From Azolla caroliniana (taxonomy: Eukaryota; Plantae; Polypodiophyta): DNA of 64,000 nucleotides. Location: positions 868,001 to 932,000 of the forward strand of contig JBHGNT010000010.1 of the NCBI GenBank assembly GCA_043228905.1, written 5' to 3'. The position numbers and the translations under genes were made by a program. Shown piece after piece: positions 37,344 to 52,000 of the stretch; the first letter of the stretch is position 1, and every line of letters begins with the position of its first letter. A model generated the notes under the pieces. It worked only from the letters and a program-made list of their open reading frames with translations. It was not told where the DNA came from and did not search any database.

Positions 37344-40300
37344 CATTATAATGAGATTGTCAATGCCCTTCCAACAGTGAAATAGACATGGTAATAATTT
37401 AGTTAAATTTGGTAGGGGTTCTTCCTCAATTGATATGCCTCCCTAAAGCTAAGGCTTACACCACTCTCTCTTTCTCTTTGAACCATTTATTTGCTTACGA
37501 GCATAAGCCTTATATTTGTGATTATTAATAATTATAATTGTATAAAGATGATTAATGGAAGGTAAGTGGAGTTTGTGATTTATTGTCTATTTGCTCTTCT
37601 ATTTAGTGCATAATTGTGGTAAAGTCTCTTCATTGTTACATGGTAGATTTTGTGAAAGTAATTATGCCATAATGTCAAAGTCATACATAGATATCAATAA
37701 GGACACTCCTAGGGATTAGAAACACGGCTTGAAGTTAACAATGAGCTTTTTGTAAACTCCCATGTCTACTTATAGGCTAAGGAGGTGCGGAAGAACCATC
37801 TTTGAACCTTGAGCATTATTTTTTTGTTAGTGTTTTTTCTTTTTCTTATTTTCATTAGCAAATCCCATTAGTGAGCCCTAAAGTTCACTTTGTTGAATGC
37901 TAGTTTTCTTTTTTGTCCCATTTCAATTAGTCACAAGTAATTATTAATCATTTTTCTAAACCATTTAGCTACCATAACTATCAATTAGTACTAATTAACA
38001 GCTAAGGGTCATAACTAGATTTTCTTCTCAACACGACCTACTCATAGTACACAAAATATAAATACAATTAAGAGCTCAAGTGCACCCTTAAGGATTTTCA
38101 TCTAAAAACTCTTTAAGGTCGGTACATTCAACCGTACATAGACACACTCTCTTGACGTGTTAAACCATTACGCGGGGAGTCAAAATGACCAACATGAACC
38201 ATCAATTTGATCATGTCTCATGAACTCTCACTTGATTTTGTCATGTAGACAACTTGATTTTGTCATGTGGCAATTTGTTTCTACCATAAAGAGGGTTAAA
38301 CGGTGAAGAGGAATCATCACGTTGGCTCTAACTCATCAATTGTAACAATCATGTTGAGGTTTAAAACCCAAACTTGGTAGGAGTATATTTATTTCCCTTA
38401 GGTGTTTTTCAAATTATGAACAATGTTGCCCTTGGTGACATAATCTTATTAACCATAGATTATTGTACGTTATTATTATAATACTTATTTATATTGTGGT
38501 AGTAAATGATTAATACTTATGTTAATTGTATCATACCTAGGTTTTCATGTTGGAGAAGATTTGGTGTGGAGGTATAGTTGAGCATTACCCTAGAAGTTCG
38601 AAGGCCAATGAGCTTATGATTGGAAGGGGCGAAAGCATAAGTGTTTGGCATGCGTATAAAGCATTCCCAATACTAGATGGCACTCCCATGTAAGTTTAAT
38701 AGCTTATTCACAACTTTGACACGTCAAGTGAGGAATCCCCCAATTTTCCATCACAACCAAGGTTTTCTCAGTGTCACTACTTCAAGAACAACTTCTCAAC
38801 AAAAGCATCATAGTTTTTATTCGAGTCTCTAGAACAAGATATAAAAGAAAATCGTAGCAAAAAAGAACAACAATTGTGACGCAACAATTTCATGGTGGAT
38901 TGAGTTTATGTAACATATACATGATCATTGGCGCTGAATACAATGCAATGTCTCGTTGTACATTGTAAAATGTATTGATGACTTATAATGGATGAACATG
39001 TCAGACAAAGTGTGGAAGTCAATTAATGAATTAGTAGTAATAACATGTTAACAATGATTTTTTTTACGTGTGACCGTTATGCATTAATATTGAAACAAGG
39101 TAATATGTTTCTTTTCTCGTATAAGTGAAACACTAAAATAACTTTACATCTTCGAAATGATTTTAATAAAGAAGTTGTCTTTCCACAATAACACCCAAAC
39201 ATGTTTTTGTCTGTCTTTAATCTTTCATCGTAAAATATTAAACTTCTCAAAAATGGCACGTTGCCTCTTTAGATATCCAATGTGATGGTGTCTAAACAAT
39301 TTGTTGAGCCCATTAATTTATCATGCAGGTAAACTCTTATTCCTTCCAAAATACAAATAACGAATTAATTACACTTTCTTTACACGAATCGAGGATGTCC
39401 ATGTAAAATCAACGATGAATTTGTGTGGGTAATAAACTCCATTTTCAAAGGAGTTCAAAAGCGTCAATGCATATAAGAGTGTTAAAAAGGGTGATATAGT
39501 CGCACCATTGATATCATCTAACCAACTCCGTGATGGGACATTTCACCAACAACCTTCTTTGAAACTTTATTTAAAATGAAAATGATGTGGATGCAACCCT
39601 CATAACATGACCTCATGTATGTTGTAATTAGATGTTATTTTGGAAACATATCGAATTTTACAGAGGACATGTAGAAGAAAAACCTTTTGAGAAGATGTCC
39701 ACTTTTTTAGTTGATTCCAATGAAGGATCGCTTGATAACAACGCAAATTTATTGCTATAAACAACTAGATAATGTAGATCATGGCCATTACTTTACTATT
39801 TTCAAGATGATTAATCATTTTTTTCAAGTTCACAGTACATCATTCTTACTTTGTTGTTAATGGTAAAAAGGAACATTACTGAGTGTGCTCGACATGTGGT
39901 TTCTTTTCGAGAGGTTCTAGCATTTCGGAGTAAGAGGTTAATTCTCATCATGCATCCTCGTTGAAGTACATCATCACTTCTACCTAGAGACAAGTACATG
40001 CAATTTAGTTAGGAAATCATGGATTTAAAAAATACATCACAACATTTTCAAAGGCATTAAAATATATAATTTTACATCTGGAAACAACCAAATCCATGGA
40101 TGCCAACGTTTGTTTCGACAAGAGGACTATGAATGAATGAGCAATACCTTCTAATTTGGAGTAGAGAAGCCTCTGCGTGTAGAAATATCACATTCATGAA
40201 ACCTTGATATATGTTCTTAACTATTAAAGGTACGTGTTTGGTTAATGAGAAAGTTTCATTGTATCATGGATAATTATATTTTCTTGTCTCAAATAATGAG

Positions 40301-42922
40301 AAAATATATAAGTCATTTAAGCATATTGTTGTAAAGAGACCCCATACCAAATATAAGAGTGAAAATGTAATGACTTCAGAGATCACGATATCACTATATT
40401 GCCATTGGCCATCAAGCTGAAAGTAATGAGTAAACATGGATAAATATGTAATCAGTTTTAAAATATTTGGGATATGTTGGAACAACAATTCAAACATTTG
40501 CCTAGAGGGTCGAGACACAAGAATGAAAAAAGTTCATGTAGTTAACTAAATGAGTTCATGTGGATGTAAGGCCTTACAATATGTGAGATTCAAATATCCA
40601 TATAAACCAACCGTGCGCCTATTATTTAGTGATGCAAGTTATTATGGAAGCTCTCCTAAACATGTTTTGGGGGAGAAACCAGACTTTTCTACGTGCATCA
40701 CCACCCATGACCTTGAAATTGGGTTGAGAGTACAAGGTTTGCCAAATCTCTAGATGCACATCATCTCAATTTAATAATCGATTGCCATGTACATATAATA
40801 GAGTATACAGATCCTCTAGAACCTTCACCATATAACTTGCATCTCTTTATTTGTAAAACAATTCAATAGAAGGATGTATTCAACATGCTTAACCTCAATG
40901 TGATGTCAACTTAAATTCAATTTGATGGTGATCTTTGCTTCCTCTATCAAATCATCTTCTACATGTATATGTTTGATGGGAATGTTAAAATAAAGTGTGG
41001 ATTCATAATATTTGATTGACAACATGTGTTGTGCAAAAACTTCCTCGTCGACCAACAAATTATGTGTTCCTAAAAAAGAAACTCCTCATCCACATATCGA
41101 CTTAATGATTTCGAATCATACAAAAATTGAATAAAAAAGTGGTAATTTCATTCGAAAAATTGTCCTAATTTACTTAGTTGAAATGTATAAATATGTGATA
41201 AAATAGTTAGATGACAATGAAATATTATTACCTCTCGCATTTTGTAATGTCTACTACACAAAAAAAGATTACTATATGTGAAAAAGCACAAATTGGAAAC
41301 ATGTATTTTATATCTCGTATAATAGACTCTTGAGGTTTCCTAGATGTTCTCGAAATTACCTAGTGTAAATTATCAAATATATAACATATTGGCATAACAT
41401 CAAAACTTGTGCCTATGTGACGCGTAGGTTTGATTTGGAGCTCATTATAAATACTCCTCATAACTTTAGCTACAAATCATGCATTTTAACAAATGGCCCC
41501 GAAAAGTATGTCACGACATTGACATTAATTTCATTTTCAAACACCAAGATTGAAAATGATACCATAAATCAATGTTTAGAAGGCCATATGAACTAGTAAC
41601 ATATTGTCTAGATCAAGGCCATCATGAATGTGGTCATGCACATTATGGTTGTAGGTTTACTTCTTGAGCAACGAACAAAATTAATATGGTATTCATCATT
41701 AATAAACTCGTTATAGTTGTAGTTTAGCGTCATGCACACTAACAATTTGCTAGCACAAAATATAGCTTTACAACCTGATCTTACATGTTTTTTTTACTAC
41801 AACACATGGAGTGAAAAATATAACACATGGCGGTGCTAATAAATGCATAGGACCTATTAGCATGACAATCTTCCTCAAGATTGAGACCATCATGAATATC
41901 ATCATGCTAGTAAGCATTTCAAAGGGTATACCGTAACTCAATCCTAATCCCCCGCATATGATTGCACAACTAATCATGTGAAGAATGAGTTCCTAATAGC
42001 ATAATTGTGTTCCCTGTCCAGAGAGATTCCACATACGATACATTCATTAGGGATTTGTATGTTTGCTCAAAGACGAATTTATGCTATTTGTGCCGACAAA
42101 AGCTAGAATATGGGTCCCCTTGCACACAATAATGTCATGGAGCTGGAAATACAAAGCTAGGAATAGTGCCACAAAGGTGTGTGGTATGGAGCTATGACTT
42201 GTACAAATGATGGTGAACCCTCTTCCGTCACATGTTATGAAGATTGATGACATGTGTCAATGAGAACATTGTTGTCAAATATAATCTCCTATCGCAATAA
42301 CATGATTATATATGAAAATGTCATATTCTCTTTATCCATTCCATGGCCTCTTTCTTTCTTAAAGCACTATATGATTAGCTAACATAAAGGTGACTCTCTT
42401 GAAAACATATCGACTTTCTTTCTCTCTCTCACCCATTGAAAACAATTTATTTTTTCCAAAAAGAAAACAAAAATATTAAGTTCAAATTGGCACAATTTAT
42501 GCGGGAACAACATAAACGGTGCAATGCATAACATTCCCTTCACGTTGTAGAGTTCTCTCTCATTGAATGAAGTTTTCTTAACAACACAAATGTATTGCTA
42601 GTTGGGAGAGATGTGGAGGTTCACATGTCACATGTTATATTACATATGGTATGACAAGCTACAAAACAATATTCTTCTCTCCATGATCAAACAACACTTG
42701 TTTATAGCTCACCCCCACGCCTAACATTTGCAAAATTGTTTAAATTTTGCTTGACTCAAATTCTCTTTGATTGTCATACAGGAAGTTGGGGCTTTGCGAG
42801 GAAACTTACTAACCATGCATGTATAAGCTTGATCTTAAAAAAATTCATGAGCCATGTTTTATTACACCCATTGGAGTCTGCACTAGGTCCCATAGGTTAG
42901 GTTTCTTGCTTTCCAATTAACG

Positions 42923-43940
42923 ACCAACAATGGTTTGGTTTGAACCGAATTGAAGCGCAAAACCGCAGCTTAACGGTTTAAACGGTTCGGTTCGGTTTAA
43001 GGGGTGAACAGTTCAATTCGATTTGGTTTTAACGGTTTGATTGTTTTTTTTTATTTTATTTTATTTTTATAATTAAAAATAAATAAAAATTTTAAAACAA
43101 TCTTTTTCATTTTTAAGCCTAGTTCTCACATTTTAGGAAAAATCTTAAAATTTTGAAATAATGAAAATTTTAAAAATTAAAAATTTTGATTTTTGACCTA
43201 AGTTGAAAACCTCCAAGATTCAATTTGAGAGAGGCTTGCAGTCCGCATCCCCGAGGTTCCCGGACATTTGGATGTTGATCGTAGGCTTCAACCTATGGTA
43301 CATATGGAAAGCGCGTTGCCTAAAGGTCTTCTAGGATCTGGTGCGACCCCTAGAGGAAGTGATCATGGACATATGGTTTGCACTTATTAGCTGCCTACGA
43401 GGGCAATTGGACGAGGTTTGCAACCATTCCTCTGACGTGGGTACTGCCCGTTTGCACTTTTGGCTGAAATGGCGGAACACGCCTATGGTGACACAAAGGA
43501 GGAAGTGGCCCGAGGTGGAACTACCAGCCCCCACGCTGGCTGTTTCCGGCTCACTTACCACCCTCCCTATGTTGTCGACCCCAAGAGTTGTCTCGTACTA
43601 GCCATCACTACAGTTCACTATTTTAGTTGTAGGTACTTACACTAAGTAGTCTGTCCGAAAGGCAATGTAACTAGTTTCAATTTCTAGAACTTGATCGGAG
43701 GGGGATTCCCCGATCTATGCTTAAGCCTCATTGTACTGTCTCTTTGTAATAATCTTACCTAACTAATGGGAAAGTAGCTTCATTTTGGAAAAGAAGAAGA
43801 AGAAGAAACTGCGGTTTTAGTGATTTAATGGTTTAGATTTTTACCTAACAGTTTGGTTTTTACAGTTTCGTGGTTTGGTTCAGGTTTCAAAAATTTTGAT
43901 TGGTTCATTTTGGACACTCTCGAACCGAATCGTTGCTGAT
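42923..43940. mobile_element. hAT-like non-autonomous element (MITE) with GGTT/AACCG subterminal repeats
   Basis: Left end ACCAACAATGGTTTGGTTT versus reverse complement of right end ATCAGCAACGATTCGGTTC (13/19, all transitions). Many (C)GGTT/AACCG motifs at both ends. No TSD found. Confidence 0.55.
43230..43808 (+). mobile_element. 5'-truncated L1-type LINE nested in the MITE
   Basis: Reads DIWMLIVGFNLWYIWKARCLKVF*DLVRPLEEVIMDIWF (L1 C-terminal WxIWxxRxxxxF motif). GC-richer than flanks, with an A-rich (AAG)n tail at 43789-43808. Confidence 0.75.
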
Positions 43941-46900
43941 TGTTATTTCCGAGGATGACAAAATGTAATTATCATCATTTTCCATTCCAAATGTGCATGG
44001 ATATGCATGTGTTTGTGTATATGTATGGTTAATTAGTTTATCCACATTTATTCGACGTTTCATAACTAGTAACATGGTGTCATGTGTATGTTTTGGGTAT
44101 TACTCGATCCATATCACTCAAGATCTCCCACAATAATGTTTGATCATCTATACTATATATACTCTTTGTGGGGTTTCACTTTACATTGGTGTTTCCCACT
44201 AGGAATAAAACGAGTCCTTGGAAAAAAAAAACTGTGTGGAGAGGGAGGGAGAGTGAATGAAAGGAGGAGCCAACCACACCATCGTAGATGTTGCTATACT
44301 CGTATTATATGAAGAATTATAGATGTTTATCCCCATGCCCAATAAAAGTTATGTATACTATATCTAGGGTTATTTTAGGAGCAAAAAGTGTACAAGAAAA
44401 TAAAGAACCAATGCACATAAAGAATATATTGCTCATTCAAGTAACATTACAAGGAAGCTAGCTCAACAAATAAACGTCCCACAAATAGTTTGCTAACAAT
44501 ATATAAAACATTGTGTTTGTGTGAGTGTGCACGTGCATATGAACAAATTTCAATCAAACTTGTTTGCTCAAGCTACAAACAAAACAACCTAATTAGTTTC
44601 CTTAGTAACTAGAATTTTGATAACTTAATAAAAATGGCTCGAGTAGGATATCGTACTCAATATATAACTACGCTTTAAAATTATGTACATGCTTAGAATC
44701 TAATGTATTATTAATGTGCATTACATCCTACTCAAGTATCTGGCAACCATTAGGTAAAGTATAACTTGAACAAGATCAACTGATGTTACATGCACTAACA
44801 CCTTTACATTGGGAAAATTTCCTTCAAGTGTACATGTAATGGAAATGAACATCTTTATAGTGAATGATAGATGGGAACCCAATAATACAAATTTGGGTGA
44901 TTATTTTGTGTGGCATCTTTAGCCATTAATATAGGAAAGTGTCATTCCTTGAACCGTAGAATGTGCCCACATTGTTATGAAATCCCACATTTGTTTATGG
45001 ATACAAGCTAGCATCACAAGAGTTATGAGAAGCTAAAAAAAACAAGGGATGTTTACAAGAATAATATTTTGATGTAAGACAATCGATGTTATGAAGCTAG
45101 ACAACCTCGTTCGCAACCTGTCTTTAGTGATTAAATACAAGAGAAACCATTACATCTCGTATCTTGAATCATGTAGAATATATGCACATGTCATGGAAAT
45201 ATTGCATACACAATCGTTGTGAGAATTTGCATTACATGAATAATTAAATGCATTATTTTTTTGCTATAAATTCATTTAGATCGAGCAATCAAAATAAAAA
45301 ATTCAGGTTGCTAGTTCTAACTAAGAAGGTTGGCTTAGTTAAGTGATAAATTTATAATTAGCTTATACATTTATCACATAACTCGTGGTTCACGTATTGA
45401 AACATACCATGTATAAGCACATTGGTACATATTGTGGCTAGTCAAAAGACCTAGTGCAAAATGCATGCTTGAAAAATACTTGCACCCTCGTATATGGTGC
45501 TTACCAATGAGCAAAGTTACTCGTCACAAAAGGACAAGTCAATGCCTCCATGTTATTCAATTGATCATGATACTCAAATGAAGTGTCAAAGCAAACAATG
45601 TTGTTATTGACATACTCCATCTAGTAGAATCTCATAGAAACTAGGGTGTGTAGAATCACTTATGTTACTTTGATACTCCATTTATGTTTGAATTGTCCCT
45701 TGAATACAAGTCTTGCAATTTGTCTCACCTCATAGGTTTCATTTTGTTATCAAGTCCAACACTTTTGAACAATAGAAGTTGATGGATTCCACACTACTCG
45801 ACGATATTACACAACGAGGATAGATTCTATACGATATTGTTTCCTCATCTTAATATTAATACTTTGTCCTAAATGTTCCAACCCTCCCATATCGCGACAA
45901 CAAATGAATACCAATCTCCTTACATATATTTGCAATTTTTGGGTACAATCCCTCCATTATCACATATGCCTTTAAACTCTAGCCTCAACTTAAATATATT
46001 TAGCTTCTTGGACCCCCCTGTCCCCCCTTTACTAGGGAATGCACATTTAGGCACATATATGTATATACACATGACACGCTCGCCAAGTTAGAGACATGTG
46101 TCAAACTAAAGCCAATAGATTAATGCTCACTATGGTGGACCTTGGTCATCCATGGTGTATGCATGAATAGACGGCCACTGTGTATATATTAGGCATAGAA
46201 AAAAGTATAGATAATGAAGTAAAGGCTCCTTGAATAGGAAGGGAACCGTTTTAAGGCTAAAAGCAATTAGTGGACAGGCTTTAAAGCCAAATGACTGGAT
46301 GGCGACTCACTAGACAAATATAAATATCGGCCAATATAGCACGAAGTGAGAGATATGTGTGATGTTGAGTGCAAACTATTATCTACGTATGTATACATAT
46401 ATAAAATATGTATACATCTACATATATTTAATATAGACAATAAGATATTTCCATTCAGCTCTATTATGTGTCATCCCTTTCTTGTTTCTATGTTTAACCT
46501 AACCTACTATATGAACATTTGCGAGTAGTAGAAATACAACAGTTGAAAACTTGTGATATTGACTTGGGAGTGGTCGATGGCAATGGAATCACTCCTTTAT
46601 GTTAGGATCACAATCTCATGATCGAATAATTAGTGCAAAAAACACATTTAAAGATCATTCATATTATACAATATTAAACGTTAATTAATTAGAGTAGACC
46701 CAATATCTGTGAGGGCATCCTTAGACGAACCACAATTCGTCTTTAGTTTTGCCATAACCCAAGAGTATATTGATGTTTTTAAGTGTTAGGTATCCTTGTG
46801 CATCTTCTCATTCACATCCATATCATAGTATGGACCGTTTCCAATAACAATAGTAGTATATGGATAACCATGTCTATTGCGCACAACAAACCTAATGTAC

Positions 46901-47795
46901 TACTCAATCCAATTTCATAGAATGTCATGCACACTCACCTTCATCTAGTTTACAAGCTCCGAATTGAGGGATTTTTTGATGGGTGATAAATAACATGGTC
47001 GACTTCTACACTTTCAACAATTCAACATGCTTGCTCTAGCAATGACCTAATTAGGATATCGTGATCATAATAGTACAACTAAAATATTGTGCATGTCATT
47101 AAAACTCATTGTTCATGGGGGGGAAAGGTTGTGCTCAAATAAGTTATGTCTTTAACCACATGACATACTATTGAAGTTGAATGATATGCATGGTAGAAAA
47201 TATTTCAAATAACCACGGTAGGGATCATTTAATACATGATTGTGGGAGAATGCAAGTTACTATAATGAACCCATGAATTTTGATATGCGGCATATTTGTT
47301 TACAATTCGTAAGGCAATTAATCCAAGATGGCTCTAGTCTTGCCTGTCAAAGAGAGCATTTGTACTACAAGTAGCAATATTTATACGCCTTGCTTCCGAC
47401 TTTCTATTCCCACGTCTTGCACAATGGGATGGTGGTCCTAGATAACCGTCCATAATGCATGACCGAGTATGCAGGAATTGGATCAAAGAAGAGCATTTTT
47501 TTTAGAGTGAGTACTTTGGGGGCATTTTGTGTTATCATGGTGGAAATGTGGAATAGTCATATAGATTCAGTCTCGCCACAATCAGACAAGGCGAAGGTGT
47601 GTGTGTCACTACGATTTGACAAGGCAAGACAAGGGGTGGGAAGGAGATGAGAGCGAGTGAGTAACTGGGTAGAGTCAAGGAGGGAAGCAAGCATATTATG
47701 ATGGCCATATGGTGGGTGGAATTTGGAAATAAAGAGTGGGCCTTCTTTGTCCAATTAAGGAAAACCTTATTTTTCTATCTGAAAACAAACAAACA

Positions 47796-48205
<410 letters not shown>

Positions 48206-48242
48206 ACTTACCCTTTTCTTCCCTCTCTTTTGAAAGCCATGG

Positions 48243-48254
48243 CATCATCACCAT

Positions 48255-48286
<32 letters not shown>

Positions 48287-48312
48287 TCACCGTCATCATC
48301 ATCATCATCATC
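48243..48312. repeat. (CAT/CAC)n trinucleotide repeat upstream of CSLC
   Basis: Direct reading. Confidence 0.9.
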
Positions 48313-48709
48313 GACCTTCTTTCTTCTCTGTGCCATTCATTCTGCTTTCTTTTTGATTCTTCACCGAGAGCTTCCATAGCTCCCCCACCCCACCCAACCA
48401 CCCACTGTGTGAAGGAGTAGTGCGTGTGTGACACAGAGAGATCTTGCCCATCCTTCTTCATTTTACTTCAACCAAGGTGACCCCATCTCAGTAAATGACA
48501 GCTCCGATCTGGGTTTCCCAGGGATAATTAGGGTTTTGATCCGTGTTTCTCAATGGAACCTGCCCAGACACATCCAGATTGGGGTTTCTCGGCGGGCATT
48601 ATTGTTTTTTTCACACCTTTATTTCAAACATTAGGGTTTCTCATCCATGAGTTAATGTGAGATGTTGGTTCCTTCTGACGTTGGGGTTCTCTCATACACT
48701 GTTTTTTGG

Positions 48710-49020
48710 ATATATTAGGGGTTTTGTCACATCAGGGCTTGTCAAAGATTATGGTTTCGTAGATATCAGAGTTTCTCAGATATTCGGGGGTTTTCAGAGA
48801 TCAGGGCGTGTAAGAAATCAGGGTTTCTAAGATATAGAGGCCCCTGATACATTAGGGTTTTTTCAGAGATTATGATGTTTTTCAGAACATAAGATTTCTC
48901 CCAGAGTTGGATTCCTCAGACACTAGGGTTTCTCCGAAGCTGTGATATTCTGCTATATTTGGGTTTTGTTAGAGATTAGTAGTTTCTAAGAGATCTAAGG
49001 TTTCTCAGAGATTTAAGGCT
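48710..49020 (+). repeat. Degenerate ~17-bp minisatellite (consensus ~GATATTAGGGTTTCTCA) directly upstream of CSLC ATG
   Basis: Units such as ATTAGGGGTTTTGTCA, ATCAGGGCTTGTCA, ATCAGAGTTTCTCAGA, ATCAGGGTTTCTAAGA, ATTAGGGTTTTTTCAGA, ACTAGGGTTTCTCCGA and ATCTAAGGTTTCTCAGA recur at ~17-bp spacing. Confidence 0.75.
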
Positions 49021-49027
49021 TGTTGCC

Positions 49028-52000
49028 ATGCCACCGAGCTTTGACTTTGTGGAATGGTGGAAGAAAGAGAGCCATCACAAAGGAACCCCCGTGGTAGTGA
49101 AAATGGAAAACCCTAATAACTGGTCAATGTTGGAGCTAAGCAGCCCAGAAGAAGAAGAATTTTCTACAGAGAAAGAAAGAGGAAAGAATGCAAAACAATT
49201 CACTTGGCTGGTTCTTCTTAGAGCTCAACAAGCTGCAAGCTTTCTGGCTTGGCTTGGCTATGGTTTCTTCACTCTACTTTCAACCATCAAGACTAGAATC
49301 ATTCTTCGACCACAACGACAAGAAGTTTTCTCAGAAGGGAAGACCCATAAAGGAAAACTATACAGATTTATCAGAGTTTTCCTCGCCATTTCCATCTTCA
49401 TGTTGTTTTTTGAGGTTTTTGCGCATGTTAAAGGGTGGAGGTTTGATCGGCCTTCTTATTTGCATATCCCTGATTCTTCCGATGTACAGAGCCTCCTTCA
49501 GTCCACATATATTGGATGGGTTGATTTTAGGGCTAATTACCTTGGTCCTCCATTGCAAACACTAGCTAATTCTTGCATTGTTTTGTTCCTCATTCAATCA
49601 ATTGATCGGCTTATTCAATGCCTTGGTTGCGTATGGATTTGGGTTAAGAAGATCAAACCTGTTGCCAAAGTGAAGGATTTTGAAACCAATGATCCTGAAC
49701 AGCCCTTTTCAGCCTACCCCATGGTGATGGTTCAGATCCCCATGTGCAATGAAAAAGAGGTACTTGTGTTTGCTCATGTTGTCTTTTGCTTCGTATACTG
49801 TGTGTGTTAGGTTCATGATTGAATGAAAGTAATATTATTGAAGTGATATTTAGATTTTAAACGATGATTAGGTAGTGCGTTCTGTTTGTTAGGATCTTGA
49901 TTGAAAGATAGCAATTGGTTCAAATAATTTTGATTGAACCATGACTAAGTAGTAGAAGGGTTAGAGATAAACTCACCACCTGACTATAATACCCTGAGCT
50001 GAGGTTCATCACAGATAGCTATGCATTAGGATACAAGCCTTAATCTGACCAGTTATCTGTGAGAGAATGATAACAAGAAAAGCCCATAATGACGTAGTTG
50101 TAATACTATATGATTTATTCATGGCTGTTAGCCTTTAGTGTCATTACAGATTTGGAATTTCACCCCCCTTATGATGGCATGTGTATTTTGTACAGTCTGG
50201 TAATTACTCTATCTACATAGATATTCTATACATTCATAAACCCTAGGACCATAAATACCTGTGATTAAAATATTCATTGATTAAATAATGATAAAGTAAA
50301 AGAATTAGAGATTAACTCTCTACCCAATCATAATCCCCCCCAGCAAAGGCTCATCGTAGCTCAGGACACAAACGTTAAGAGTGCACATCACCTTTTATAA
50401 ATTCATGAAACCTTAGGCCTAGAGATTAGGTCTCCTTGTGCAAATGTGACTATTTCTGGACTCAATGTTGATTTCCCTAATAACATATGGGGCTGAACAT
50501 TAGACTTAGTTTGGATGCTTGCCATCCCAAGTTACCCAAGGATGTAGCCAGCCCTAGGTCTAGTGTTCAGTCAATAGCTATATAGACAAATCTGTGCAGG
50601 GAAAATCATCTAAACCTGCAAATTCCCCTATCTCTAGACTTAATATTGATCCAGAACTAAGGTTACGAGTGGATAAATGAACTTCTTATGCTTCTTTAAC
50701 TTAGATTGAATTGGTCTCTTAAGGTTTATCAGCAATCAATTGGAGCAATCGCACAACTGGATTGGCCGAAAGAAAGGCTGCTAATACAAGTGTTGGACGA
50801 TTCAGATGATCCAGAAACTCAGATACTCATCAAGTATGAGGTACAGAAGTGGTTCCAGAAAGGTATACACATTGTGTACAGGCACCGCTTGGACAGGACA
50901 GGGTATAAAGCAGGAAACCTTAAGTCTGCTATGGGTTGTGATTATGTCAAAGACTATGAGTTTGTGGCAATTTTTGATGCCGATTTTCAGCCACAGCCAG
51001 ATTTCTTGAAACGAACTGTAATCCATTTCAAGGTGCACTGCATTGCAGTTTTCATTTGAAGCACACAAAAGTTGCCCTAACTTGCTGCGCATTTATGAGA
51101 ATATCCCAAAGTCTTCAGAAGCTACCAGAATACCCTTCTGTAGTGCTAATATTTGTACTGCAGAGGGTTATTGCGGAAATATCTGAAAACTATGGGTATT
51201 GCGCCAACAAGCTAGGGGTTTTGTCTTTATCTTTTTCTCCACACTGATAATGTTGTGGCTGAAGCTATATATGTGCTGTTAAAATGCAGGGAAATGATGA
51301 TGTGGGTTTAGTGCAAGCACGGTGGAGTTTCATCAATAAAGATGAGAACTTACTTACTAGGCTTCAATGCATCAATCTTTCGTACCATTTTGAAGTTGAA
51401 CAGCAAGTAAATGGTATCTTCCTCAATTTCTTTGGTTTCAATGGCACTGCGGGTGTATGGCGAATTAAGGCTTTGGAAGAGTCGGGAGGATGGATGGAGC
51501 GCACTACCGTGGAAGACATGGATATTGCTGTAAGGGCTCATCTACATGGTTGGAAGTTTGTATTTTTGAATGATGTCAAGGTAAGTTTGAAATCTACATG
51601 ATCATGTTATGTATAAATCTCTTTGTTTTCCTATTGTTGCAAAAAAAAGTTTGTGCATACTTACCTTTTTTTAAAAGACATTTTTTTGTTGATTTTCACC
51701 AGTGCTTGTGTGAGGTGCCGGAATCTTATGAGGCATATAGGAAACAGCAGCATCGCTGGCATTCTGGACCTATGCAGCTCTTTCGTCTTTGTCTTCCTGA
51801 CATTATAACAGCTAAAGTAAGCTAGCATTTTGCATCAAATTTTGATTGCATTTTAGGATGTTGCATTCAAATTACCTCTATTATGAGCAAGTGATATGCA
51901 AAAATCAATCTGTGATGGTGATGATGTTGAATAACTCTGGATAATATGCAGATCTCCATCTTGAAGAAGGCGAATCTCATATTTCTATTCTTCTTGCTCA

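Noticed and set aside
38160-38299. TTAA-flanked piggyBac-like MITE
   Set aside because: Terminal inverted match too poor
38500-42300. Possible decayed hAT transposase on minus strand
   Set aside because: Only faint motif resemblances with wrong spacing; needs a TBLASTN or profile search
48710-49020. CRISPR-like array
   Set aside because: Eukaryotic context; degenerate head-to-tail units with no unique spacers and no cas genes
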